A stretch of 64,000 bases of DNA from positions 274,105-338,104 of the forward strand of contig CAZYIA010000001.1 of assembly GCA_964646765.1 (NCBI GenBank). The letters run 5' to 3'. This DNA is from an uncultured Candidatus Saccharibacteria bacterium (lineage in GTDB: Bacteria > Patescibacteriota > Minisyncoccia > Phycocordibacterales > UBA9973). The translations under genes were made by a program, and so were the position numbers. Every line of letters begins with the position of its first letter. Position 1 is the first letter of the stretch. This document shows, in pieces, positions 48,221 through 57,673 of this stretch. Under the pieces are notes generated by a model, which ran no database searches, was not told the origin of the DNA, and was given only the letters and a program-made list of their open reading frames with translations.

Positions 48221-49063
48221 TTATCCCTGAGGAAATAATTCTTTACTTGTCATCAATTCTTCTGGGGCTCCAGGATTTTTATGAATTCTAATCACTCCCC
48301 TCGCAACTTGAACTTCAATCTGATCTCCATACTTTTCTTTAACCTTCTTTGCCCAATTTTCTACATCTTCCTGGGTATCCATAAAAAGATAGTCGTATTC
48401 GTCTTTTTTATGCCTTTCCTCTACTACTGGATGATGTTGTTTTACTAGCTGAAATTGAGCAATCAAAATACCGTTATCATTCAGTATGCTGTACCATTTC
48501 CGAATAATTCGGTCGAGGACAAGAGGATTTCTTGATAAGTCTTCAAGCGGACCCATCAATCTAGAAACAATAAGATCTGTTTTACTAGTCCCGATTGAGT
48601 CAGTAATCTGTTTAAAAAGTTCTTTATTTTTTGTATCCAAAAGATCTCCTGCAATAACCGAATGTCCATGCTCTTCATCGTATTCTTTTTTATAAGCAGG
48701 CCGTATATCGTCTAAACAAACACCAACAGTTTTCTCAAAAAAATTTTCTGAAAAACCTGAAAAGAAATTTGATCCCGGTCCTCCAAACTCAATTGCGGTT
48801 CTATGTTTATTTAAACTAGCACTTAGAGTATCTTCAATATATTGTCGAAATGCTTCACCATAAGCTTCTAAAGAAGAATTTTTATCGCTATTGAGCGCAC
48901 CAACATATTTTTCTGGAAGAACTTTACCGAAAGTATTACCAAAATGAGAGATGGGCTTATCATATTGCTGCCAATTCCCTTCTGTATCTTTTTTCTTCTC
49001 TACAAATTTTTTATCGTGCTCTAGGTCAAATCGGACGTTACCGAAATTCATATGGTGTTCCAT
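48221..49063 (-). CDS. SAM-methyltransferase-like protein
   Basis: IEFGGPGS, IAGDLL, DLIVS, LNDNGIL. Confidence 0.55.
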   Translation of the reverse strand: MEHHMNFGNVRFDLEHDKKFVEKKKDTEGNWQQYDKPISHFGNTFGKVLPEKYVGALNSDKNSSLEAYGEAFRQYIEDTLSASLNKHRTAIEFGGPGSNFFSGFSENFFEKTVGVCLDDIRPAYKKEYDEEHGHSVIAGDLLDTKNKELFKQITDSIGTSKTDLIVSRLMGPLEDLSRNPLVLDRIIRKWYSILNDNGILIAQFQLVKQHHPVVEERHKKDEYDYLFMDTQEDVENWAKKVKEKYGDQIEVQVARGVIRIHKNPGAPEELMTSKELFPQG

Positions 49064-49134
49064 AGAGTCAGTATAACATCACCATACTGGGAGACATACG
49101 GACCTTGGAAACCCAGGGTTTTAAATACCGAAGT

Positions 49135-50583
49135 TGCTGGGAGTCTTAAACAAAGCTGGAACTCAGATACTTAAATATAATAACCTACTACCTCCATAAC
49201 GTGAGTCAAATTATTGCAGTAACAACGATACTTCTAGCTAGACTCCAAACTACAAATAAAAGACAATCTGATCGAGCGTGAGTATTACCTGAAGCGCACG
49301 GGGGAGCGTATATGTGTCACCTGGTGCATAGCCATGTCCCACGGTATGACGTGAAGCACCCGCTGCTTCCGGTGCGTTGGGATCAAAGTTCGGATACGCC
49401 ACCTTCAAGAGATACTCAAGGAATTCTGATGGAAAGAATAACGATGCTTCGCTACCCGCTTTCCTTATTCCCTTATCGACAGCGTGTTGAAGTAGTGCCT
49501 CCGTCTTCGCTGTCGATCCCTTCTCAGCCAAGTGGACATCCGCGAGTACGCCCTCAATCTCTGTCATTATATTTTTTATCGCAGAAACAGAGTCCCCTTT
49601 CTTGAACGCATCCAATCCGGCCTGTAGCACGGTCTTGTGCTTGGCGAGCGACGGGTTTCTCCACCAACGTTCTGCGAGTCGATCTATACGTTCAGGAGTG
49701 AATCTAGCTACCAATTCCTTTTCCTTTGTCTCAATATCAAACTCATCCCGATACGCCTTTATGAGCGGATCGAAATCGCCTCCGAGAACTTCGATAAATG
49801 GAAACCATCCTGCCTTGGTCATGCGTTCCACCGTCGCTTCATCCGCAAGTGCCTCATACATCGCTTGGTAGCGCAGACGTTTGTAGAGTGTCGCCAAGTC
49901 GCGCTCCATTCGATCCATATCCAGCTCACCACTAAGGTCGAAGAACATTCCAAACTTCCACCCGATCTTGAAGCAAGCTACGATCTTATCTGAGGGATCA
50001 AGGGTCAAGGCGTGATACTTCATTCGGCGAATATCACCGATATCTCCTCCGTAAACAGCCTCGCCGGCTTGGATATTACGTTTTGTAAGTATCTCGATTG
50101 CACGGCCTGCTCCGTCCAAATGAAGTTCACCTGTGCCGTCCTTATGGATAACGAGCACGAACTCGACGAATGAATCAATGGAAAGGATTACTCCAGCCTC
50201 TTTCGCTCTCTCGATAATAATATTGCTGATTTGTTCCATATACATATGGAACTCTCGCTCGTCGGATGTCAGATATGCACGAACAAGGACAGGAACCAAT
50301 TCCTTTTTTCCTGCAGGAGTGTTTGTGGTGGCGAATCCTACCAATGGCGGCAGACCATTGAGCTTGACTACATCGGCGCGCTTGGGCACATAAGTTACGC
50401 CTGCCGAGATAATCTGCTTCGGCCTATTATATGGAACATATTGCTTCTTTTTTCTTCTGTGCTTACCCATGGATGAAACTTAAAAAAATAGATGCACCTC
50501 AGCAGCTCGAACTGGGAAAAGCTAACAATGAAAAGACAAAAGAGCTATCTAATGAAGTTTGTCTATCTCTGCTGGGAGACTAG
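49135..50583. mobile_element. Degenerate island integrated at the tRNA-Gln 3' end
   Basis: tgctgggagtct (49135-49146) matches tRNA end tgctgggagact (50570-50581); cargo looks GC-richer than flanks. Confidence 0.55.
49250..50470 (-). CDS. Hypothetical protein with C-terminal HEPN-like RxxxxH motif
   Basis: IEGVLA...SRHTVGHG in a helical C-terminus. Confidence 0.6.
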   Translation of the reverse strand: MGKHRRKKKQYVPYNRPKQIISAGVTYVPKRADVVKLNGLPPLVGFATTNTPAGKKELVPVLVRAYLTSDEREFHMYMEQISNIIIERAKEAGVILSIDSFVEFVLVIHKDGTGELHLDGAGRAIEILTKRNIQAGEAVYGGDIGDIRRMKYHALTLDPSDKIVACFKIGWKFGMFFDLSGELDMDRMERDLATLYKRLRYQAMYEALADEATVERMTKAGWFPFIEVLGGDFDPLIKAYRDEFDIETKEKELVARFTPERIDRLAERWWRNPSLAKHKTVLQAGLDAFKKGDSVSAIKNIMTEIEGVLADVHLAEKGSTAKTEALLQHAVDKGIRKAGSEASLFFPSEFLEYLLKVAYPNFDPNAPEAAGASRHTVGHGYAPGDTYTLPRALQVILTLDQIVFYL

Positions 50584-50642
50584 GAATCGAACCTAGATTA
50601 AAGGATTCAAAGTCCTCTGTCCTACCGTTAGACGATCTCCCA
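50572..50642 (-). tRNA. tRNA-Gln(TTG)
   Basis: tgggaga...tctccca-g; anticodon arm gagga-ctTTGaa-tcctt. Confidence 0.94.
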
Positions 50643-50646
50643 ATAT

Positions 50647-51720
50647 TTATTTAGCACCACTATCTTGCCCTATTGTGCGAGCCAAAGCAAGTTCTAGCGG
50701 TAAGGTTTCGATAAATGCAAAGCGGGTTTGCTGATACGCCTCAAGTAAAATATCGAGGCTTTTTGCAGTAAGTGCCTGAGGATATTTTTCAATAATTTCT
50801 GTAGCTGTTACTTTATCACTTTCTGAAAGTGACTCTAGAAGCTTCTTGCCGAGAGCTCCACCAATACGAATAAGAATGAGCTGACGCATGAAAGAAACAA
50901 TTAGTTTAGCCAGGAGCCGGGCATCTGCGTATGAAGCAGCAATTTCTGAGAGAGCAGCAAGTGCTTGTTCAGTATTCCCTGAAGTAAATCCAACAATGTA
51001 TTGATGGACTAAAGTTCGGCTAGGGGCGCCAGTTGCAGCTTCTGCGTCTGAAACTGATATCTTTTTTCCACTTGCTGAAGCAAGAACTTTCTCAAGAGCA
51101 CCGTGGAGGTCACGGAACGAACCATCAGCAATGAGTGCAATAAGTTCGGCGGCCCCACTTTCAAGCGTATATCCTTCCTCCTTTGCGGTACGAATTGCAA
51201 CCTCTGCAAGAATGGCATCAGTTGGTTTTCGAAACAAAAAAGTTTGGCAGCGAGAAATTACCGTATCTGGAACTTTCTCAAGCTCAGTGGTAGCAAGAAT
51301 AAAAACAACATGCTGAGGAGGTTCTTCAAGAGTCTTCAAAAATGCATTCCACGCACCTTTTGAAAGCATATGTACCTCGTCAAGAATGTACACTTTGTAT
51401 TTTGATGAAAATGGCAAACTTGAAACACCTTCACGGAGATCGCGGATATCTTCAACACTGTTGTGTGAAGCAGCATCAATTTCGTAAATGTCTTCTGGAG
51501 AACTACCGATAGCTTCTGCAAAAATACGAGCTACGGTTGTTTTACCGGTGCCACGAGTACCAGAAAAAAGGTAGGCATGAGCAATTCGATCTTCTTTGGC
51601 AGCACGCTCCAGTACCTCAGTTACCTGAGGTTGACCAACAACTTCTTTCCAAACCGAGGGGCGATATTTGCGATATAACACCGTCTGAACAGATGCTTCC
51701 TTTTCTTTCGCTTTTGGCAT
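50647..51720 (-). CDS. dnaX: DNA polymerase III subunit gamma/tau
   Basis: LYRKYRP, GTRGTGKTT, DEVHML, SRC. Confidence 0.95.
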   Translation of the reverse strand: MPKAKEKEASVQTVLYRKYRPSVWKEVVGQPQVTEVLERAAKEDRIAHAYLFSGTRGTGKTTVARIFAEAIGSSPEDIYEIDAASHNSVEDIRDLREGVSSLPFSSKYKVYILDEVHMLSKGAWNAFLKTLEEPPQHVVFILATTELEKVPDTVISRCQTFLFRKPTDAILAEVAIRTAKEEGYTLESGAAELIALIADGSFRDLHGALEKVLASASGKKISVSDAEAATGAPSRTLVHQYIVGFTSGNTEQALAALSEIAASYADARLLAKLIVSFMRQLILIRIGGALGKKLLESLSESDKVTATEIIEKYPQALTAKSLDILLEAYQQTRFAFIETLPLELALARTIGQDSGAK

Positions 51721-51799
51721 GGGCAAAGTATACCCGCGCTTCCCTTTCGTCGCAAATGAAAAGAAGTAAGAGGCCATAAGGCATCTTACTTCTTCACAG

Positions 51800-52141
51800 T
51801 TAGTGTAAATCTATAAGGTAAGAAATCTTTTTTTGGTCAATAATATCGTCAACGCTTTCAAAGCGAACATGACCTTTAGCGTCTTTAACAATAAGGTATT
51901 TTCCTTTAGTTTCTCGTGTCCAACCCTTTGGTGGAGTCACTCTAAAGTGGATTCCCTCATCGGAAATATCTTTAAACCCACGTGTCGCGAGTGCGTGTAG
52001 GCTCGTAGGAAATTCACCGTTGGTACTCTTCAATCGAGCGCCAACAAGCCAGGTTTCTTTTTGGGTTTCTTTTTGTTTACTCGTAAGCTTTTTAAATACA
52101 AAAAAAGCAAGAGCAGCTAGAATTAATAATATATATTTCAT
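51800..52141 (-). CDS. Orphan protein with N-terminal membrane anchor
   Basis: MKYILLILAALAFFVF; terminator at about 51761-51794. Confidence 0.6.
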   Translation of the reverse strand: MKYILLILAALAFFVFKKLTSKQKETQKETWLVGARLKSTNGEFPTSLHALATRGFKDISDEGIHFRVTPPKGWTRETKGKYLIVKDAKGHVRFESVDDIIDQKKISYLIDLH

Positions 52142-52278
52142 ATTTGCGTGTTTTTGTTTAGAGTTTATTTAGAATTTTAGTACTTCTTATTTACTATACA
52201 ACAAAGACTTTATTTGTCAAAATTTTGATTCTTCGCTATAGTCAAAAATAAAAAATTGATAAACAAAACTTAAACTAT

Positions 52279-52623
52279 ATGGCTACCAAAAAAGAGCGAC
52301 TATTTTTTATTGGAATTACTTCTCTTGGCGATAAACTAAGCACCTTTCTGTTAGAGGTACTACTTCCGAAAGAAGTAAATGAGAAACCGAAAGCAATACT
52401 TTCTTTCGGCAACTACCGCCCTACCATTAAACAGTTCGAGATAAACCTTGAACAAAAAACGGCAACTATACTTTTGGGAAAGTGGGATAGGAAATACGAA
52501 TTTACAGAACAGGACGGTGACTGGTGGATTGGGACATCACAACTTGGAAGAGTTCAGATGGCTCAACTTTCAAAAAGTGCAGTAAAAAAATTACAAAAAA
52601 GAGACGCAAAACGTAACCCGTAA
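52279..52623 (+). CDS. Orphan hypothetical protein
   Basis: Divergent partner; hairpin at about 52631-52657. Confidence 0.6.
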   Translation: MATKKERLFFIGITSLGDKLSTFLLEVLLPKEVNEKPKAILSFGNYRPTIKQFEINLEQKTATILLGKWDRKYEFTEQDGDWWIGTSQLGRVQMAQLSKSAVKKLQKRDAKRNP

Positions 52624-52665
52624 ATAAACAAGGCCCCTTCTTTTACTGGAGGGGCTTCGTTATAT

Positions 52666-54000
52666 CTATTCTTTCCAATCAATAACGTCCGCACCTTCGG
52701 GACCGGTACCAAGTGCCACAATGTGCACATTGGGGTTTACTTCGCGGAGATTTTTGACCAACGCATCAAGGTAATTTTTAAGTTCCGGTGTTACTGCTTC
52801 CCACTTATTAGCATGGGCTTCCATTTTCCAACCAGGATACGAAACTGTTTTCACACCACTGACAGTTTTGAGTTCACGAGGAACAACTTGGGTTTCTTTT
52901 CCATCTACAACATAGTGAGTTACTACTTGCACTGGTTCACTTTGGCAAATATCACTCTTCGCAACAAAAATTTCAGTGACGCCAGTAATCATCAAAGCAT
53001 AGCGAAGTGCAGGTAGGTCGATATAGCCACACATGCGAGGACGTCCAGTAGTTGCACCAAATTCACCGCCAGCTTCACGCCAACGCTTCTCCTCTTCCTC
53101 GGGCATACGTGAAGGAAACGGTCCGCCACCCACTTTTGTCGTGTAGGTTTTCATCACTCCAAACACCTTGCCAAGTTCATGGTGCGAAACACCTAAGCTG
53201 TTCATAACGCTTCCGGTAATAGTGTTTGAAGAAGTTACAAAAGGATAGTCCCCTTGATCAACATCGAGCATCACACCCTGGGCACCTTCAGCCAAAATAT
53301 TTACACCTTTGGCGAGCATGTCGTGCACCTTATACGTCATATTTACAATATGCAGTTTACGGAGATCATTGAGCGATTCTTTCCAAGCGGAAATTCGTTC
53401 ATCGAGAGCTTTCCAATCAACCGTAACACCGGCGCTTGTTTCGTACTGTTTCAAAAGATCACGCTGTGATTTTTCAAGAACATCCCAACCTGGAATTGCA
53501 GGATTTACTACATCCCCAATCTTAAGACCGATACGGAGTTTTGCTTTTGCGTAGCTTCGGCCAATACCACGACCAGTGGTTCCGACGGCATTACCACTAC
53601 GACTCGCTTCTTCAGCGCGATCAAGAAACGGATCAAAAGGATCAATGACGATCGTGCGGTCAGAAATATATAAACGTGGACGAACATCAATGCCCAATTC
53701 ATCAAGTTCTTTCAGCTCCTGCATAAGAATAATTGGATCAACCACCATCTGGGCACTCATTAAAAGTTCCATATGTGGGTGAAGGACTCCTGAAGGCACG
53801 GTATGAAGTACTACTTTTTTTCCTTGATGATAGAGCGTATGGCCAGAATTTGGACCACCCTGAAATCGGGCTATTGCCCCATAAAAGAACCCGCCACCTT
53901 GTGCGGGAACACTCGCGAGATAATCGATCGCTTTTCCTTTTGCTTCGTCGCCCCACTGCAAACCAAGGAGCACATCAATTCTGCCGCGCATTGTCGCCAT
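52666..54000 (-). CDS. purA: Adenylosuccinate synthetase
   Basis: QWGDEAKGK, GGPNSGHT, EGAQG, YPFVTSS, GATTGRPR. Confidence 0.95.
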   Translation of the reverse strand: MATMRGRIDVLLGLQWGDEAKGKAIDYLASVPAQGGGFFYGAIARFQGGPNSGHTLYHQGKKVVLHTVPSGVLHPHMELLMSAQMVVDPIILMQELKELDELGIDVRPRLYISDRTIVIDPFDPFLDRAEEASRSGNAVGTTGRGIGRSYAKAKLRIGLKIGDVVNPAIPGWDVLEKSQRDLLKQYETSAGVTVDWKALDERISAWKESLNDLRKLHIVNMTYKVHDMLAKGVNILAEGAQGVMLDVDQGDYPFVTSSNTITGSVMNSLGVSHHELGKVFGVMKTYTTKVGGGPFPSRMPEEEEKRWREAGGEFGATTGRPRMCGYIDLPALRYALMITGVTEIFVAKSDICQSEPVQVVTHYVVDGKETQVVPRELKTVSGVKTVSYPGWKMEAHANKWEAVTPELKNYLDALVKNLREVNPNVHIVALGTGPEGADVIDWKE

Positions 54001-54011
54001 GTTTTTTCTTT

Positions 54012-55481
54012 TTATTTCCGAGAATAGTTCGGAGCTTCTTTAGTAATAGTAATGTCATGTGGATGGCTTTCATCCATTCCAGCATTCGTAATCTTAACAA
54101 ATTGTGCAGTCTTTAAGGTATCGATATCTTTTGCCCCAACGTAGCCCATACCAGCGCGGAGTCCACCAACGTATTGGTAAATTACTTCAGCAACGGTTCC
54201 TTTATATGCCACACGGCCAACAATTCCTTCTGGCACGAGTTTCTTTACATCATCTTCAGCATCTTGGAAGTAACGATCTTTTGAACCCTGTTGCATAGCC
54301 TCAAGCGATCCCATACCACGGTATGACTTAAAGCGGCGGCCATCGTAAATAATAGTTTCGCCTGGAGCTTCATCAGTTCCCGCTAAAATTGAACCAACCA
54401 TCACAGTATCACCGCCAGCAGCGATTGCTTTTACCAAGTCACCAGAATAACGAATGCCACCATCAGCAATAAGCGGTACGCCCGCTTTTTGACATGCTTT
54501 TGCTGCTTCCATAATAGCTGAAACTTGTGGCATACCGATACCAGCAACAATACGTGTTGTGCAAATGGAACCAGGACCAACACCAACTTTTACGGCATCT
54601 GCACCAGCATCAATAAGCCACTGTGCGGCTTCTTTGGTGGCAATGTTACCTGCAACAATCTGAAGTTTCGGAAATGCTTTCTTTGCTTCGCGAACTGCTT
54701 TAGCAACACCGTGCGAATGGCCATGAGCTGTGTCGATACAAACAGCATCCACACCGGCAGCGGCGAGTAAGCTGATGCGATCAATCATGTCAGCCGTTAC
54801 ACCAACAGCAGCACCAACAAGCAAACGGCCTTGAGCATCTTTACTAGCGAATGGTTTATTTTCAAGAGCACGAACATCTTTGTAGGTAATGAGACCAGCC
54901 AGTGTTCCATCAGTATTCACGATCGGAAGTTTTTCTACCCGATGCTCGGCAAGTACCTTTTGGGCAGCATTCATATCAGTGCCAACTGGGGCCGTAATCA
55001 AACCTTCTTTTGTCATGATAGATGACACAGAATTTGAATTGTTGGTAGCAAAACGCATATCACGAGAGGTCACGATACCAACAAGTTTGCCGGAAGTATT
55101 CAAAACCGGAATACCGCTAATCTGATTTTCACGCATGAGCACGCGAGCTTCACCAATTGTTTTATCTTCGGTGATAGTCACGGGATCAGCAATGAAAGCG
55201 CTCTCGGCGCGCTTTACGCGGCGAACTTCTTCAGCCTGTCGCTCTGCCGTCATATTCTTATGGAGAATGCCAATACCGCCTTCGCGAGCAAGCGCGATAG
55301 CAAGTTTGCTTTCTGTAACCGTATCCATCGCTGAAGATACGAGTGGAATATTAAGAGAGAGTTCCTTGGTAAAACGTGTTTTTGTAGACACGTCGCGCGG
55401 CAAGATTGCCGATTCGCGAGGAATAACAAGGACATCATCGAACGTAATGCCCTCAAGAGCGATTTTTTCGTTCATAACCAT
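54012..55481 (-). CDS. guaB: IMP dehydrogenase (with CBS pair)
   Basis: [25 protein letters not shown]. Confidence 0.97.
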   Translation of the reverse strand: MVMNEKIALEGITFDDVLVIPRESAILPRDVSTKTRFTKELSLNIPLVSSAMDTVTESKLAIALAREGGIGILHKNMTAERQAEEVRRVKRAESAFIADPVTITEDKTIGEARVLMRENQISGIPVLNTSGKLVGIVTSRDMRFATNNSNSVSSIMTKEGLITAPVGTDMNAAQKVLAEHRVEKLPIVNTDGTLAGLITYKDVRALENKPFASKDAQGRLLVGAAVGVTADMIDRISLLAAAGVDAVCIDTAHGHSHGVAKAVREAKKAFPKLQIVAGNIATKEAAQWLIDAGADAVKVGVGPGSICTTRIVAGIGMPQVSAIMEAAKACQKAGVPLIADGGIRYSGDLVKAIAAGGDTVMVGSILAGTDEAPGETIIYDGRRFKSYRGMGSLEAMQQGSKDRYFQDAEDDVKKLVPEGIVGRVAYKGTVAEVIYQYVGGLRAGMGYVGAKDIDTLKTAQFVKITNAGMDESHPHDITITKEAPNYSRK

Positions 55482-55646
55482 GCACGAGTGTAGCACGGTT
55501 TTTGGGATTAGAAAAGTCCTTCATTGACAATGTCAAAAATAAGTTATATTTTGCGAACAGAACAAAACCTTGAAAAATGAGTCAGTAAATAGAAAGCTGG
55601 GAGGAAACCTGCCAGTTCCCTTTTTATTGACTCTAAAAATTACAAT

Positions 55647-56198
55647 ATGAAAAAGATAGCATTAATTTTTTGCGGAATATTCTTTATCGCAGGCTGCCGT
55701 AAAGTAGATGACACTATGGTTGTATTCTGGTTATGGAATCACGAATACAAGGTACCCATTATTAAAGACGCCTTTAACTCATATTTTCCATTCCCACATA
55801 CCATAACCATTATTCGGTATGGCAATGGTGATGGAGAACTTAAAGTAAAAAATACCGAAACGCACGATGTAACGTACACTCGTCCTGGCGGCTGGTATCA
55901 GGATAGTAATAATGGTTGTTGGTACTGGAACCCGGCTACAACGGTTACTGAAACAGTTACCTCAAACCAAGTACTAACCTACCATTTTGGATGGGATAGA
56001 TATTTTGAGAACAGTCATATTCGTTTAACCTTCGTTGAAGAAGACGCTCAAAAAAATAATACCAACCCAGACCTGGTAAAGTCACTTAATGGAAAGTATG
56101 AAATTAAGGGATTATGGACCGAACACGGTTCAGGACTTATTGGAGAGTTCAGGCTTACAAAAGAAAACGGAGAAAAAATTGTTGCAGATTTACGCTAA
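55647..56198 (+). CDS. Orphan putative lipoprotein
   Basis: MKKIALIFCGIFFIAG-C lipobox. Confidence 0.65.
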   Translation: MKKIALIFCGIFFIAGCRKVDDTMVVFWLWNHEYKVPIIKDAFNSYFPFPHTITIIRYGNGDGELKVKNTETHDVTYTRPGGWYQDSNNGCWYWNPATTVTETVTSNQVLTYHFGWDRYFENSHIRLTFVEEDAQKNNTNPDLVKSLNGKYEIKGLWTEHGSGLIGEFRLTKENGEKIVADLR

Positions 56199-56221
56199 AT
56201 TTAACTATACAAAAAAATACT

Positions 56222-56584
56222 ATGGAAACTATCGAAATCGAAAAAAGAGAAAATGTCGCAATAATCACATTACCTGAAAACGCTGCATATGAAGTTGCCG
56301 ATGCACTAAAAAAAGAATTTGTCGTACTTAACAATGAGGGGCAAAGAAACTTTATTCTTGATTTAAACAAAACTAAACAGTTCGGGACTACTGGACTACA
56401 TGCGGTTTTGATAGCACACAAACTCTGCAAAGAATCAGGTGGTATATGCGTACTTACACATCTTAGTGAGCCAATTAAAAAACTCATTAAAATTGCACAG
56501 CTTGAGCCGATACTCCAAATTGAAAACGATTTGGATTCTGCACTGAATTATATTTTTAACGAAACTAATCAATACGCAGGATAA
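56222..56584 (+). CDS. STAS-domain (anti-sigma antagonist-like) protein
   Basis: FILDLNKTKQFGTTGL...L.HLSEPIKKLI. Confidence 0.85.
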   Translation: METIEIEKRENVAIITLPENAAYEVADALKKEFVVLNNEGQRNFILDLNKTKQFGTTGLHAVLIAHKLCKESGGICVLTHLSEPIKKLIKIAQLEPILQIENDLDSALNYIFNETNQYAG

Positions 56585-56647
56585 TTTTTCCTGTCAAAGG
56601 TATAAAGGCGGTCACAGACTTCGTTGTCTGCGGCCGGCCTTTTTATT

Positions 56648-57673
56648 TTATGCCAATTTTTCTTTCAGATACGTCACCCACGGAATCTGACTTGGATCTA
56701 CGCCGTGGAGTAAACCGAGATAGTAAGAAATATACTCGCTTGCTTCAATGGCACGAATTGTTTCGGTGAAGATATCAACTTCAGAAAATGGTAGCTCAAA
56801 TACTTCTATTCCTTGCTTGGCTACAACCTCTTTTGTCACTGCTACTCGTTTTTTAATTCGGTCGCTGTATTTTGAAGATGTGAGGAAAATAAACGCCAGA
56901 TTTTGTTTATTTGTTTCTGGAAATGAAAGACCTTCTAAAAGATGATGGTTGAGCTCTGGCAATTCATGATAGACCGCAAATGCTTTGCTTGTTTCGTTGA
57001 ATTGATTTTGCAAAAAATGAGCCACCTGACCTAAATGCTCAGCACCAACAATAATCGGATTTTTATGGTTTAACTTTTCTGCCAGGTCTATAAGTGTTTC
57101 ATTTTTTTCTTTAGTAAGCGCCAAAAGAATTGAATCTATTGAAATACTCCTTGAAAGCAAACTCAGATTTTCAAGCGCACCGATTAACGCAAAGAGTGAG
57201 CCACCTAAACCAAAACGTGGCTGCCCACACGGGTTAGTTTCTTCGGAGAGTAAGGCGACAGGATATTTTTTTTCTTCGGCAATTTTTTGGAGTGTACCCC
57301 CAACAGTAATTACAGAAATCTTCGCTTTTTTTTCTTCAGCGAGCGAGAGCGCAGCGAGCGTTTCTTCAGTCGTGCCTGAATAACTCATCGAAATGACAAG
57401 CGTATTTTCTGATACATACTCTGGTAGTCCGTAGCGACTCCAGATCTCAAAAGGCATCATAACAATGTTCTGTGACTTCACAATATGGCCAGGAAGCGCT
57501 GAACCACCCATGCCTAATACAACCACATTTGAAACGTTTTTGTATGAATCGGGAAACACAACACTCTTCCCTACTTTGTACCCGCTTTCACACTGCTTCG
57601 GAAAAAGCAGAATGGATCCAAAAACATTTTTCGGATCTAGAGTACTCTGTAATTTTTTTAGATTATCGTTCAT
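56648..57673 (-). CDS. Bifunctional phosphoglucose/phosphomannose isomerase (SIS)
   Basis: GMGGSA, SYSGTTEET, QPR, NETSK, PELNHH. Confidence 0.9.
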   Translation of the reverse strand: MNDNLKKLQSTLDPKNVFGSILLFPKQCESGYKVGKSVVFPDSYKNVSNVVVLGMGGSALPGHIVKSQNIVMMPFEIWSRYGLPEYVSENTLVISMSYSGTTEETLAALSLAEEKKAKISVITVGGTLQKIAEEKKYPVALLSEETNPCGQPRFGLGGSLFALIGALENLSLLSRSISIDSILLALTKEKNETLIDLAEKLNHKNPIIVGAEHLGQVAHFLQNQFNETSKAFAVYHELPELNHHLLEGLSFPETNKQNLAFIFLTSSKYSDRIKKRVAVTKEVVAKQGIEVFELPFSEVDIFTETIRAIEASEYISYYLGLLHGVDPSQIPWVTYLKEKLA

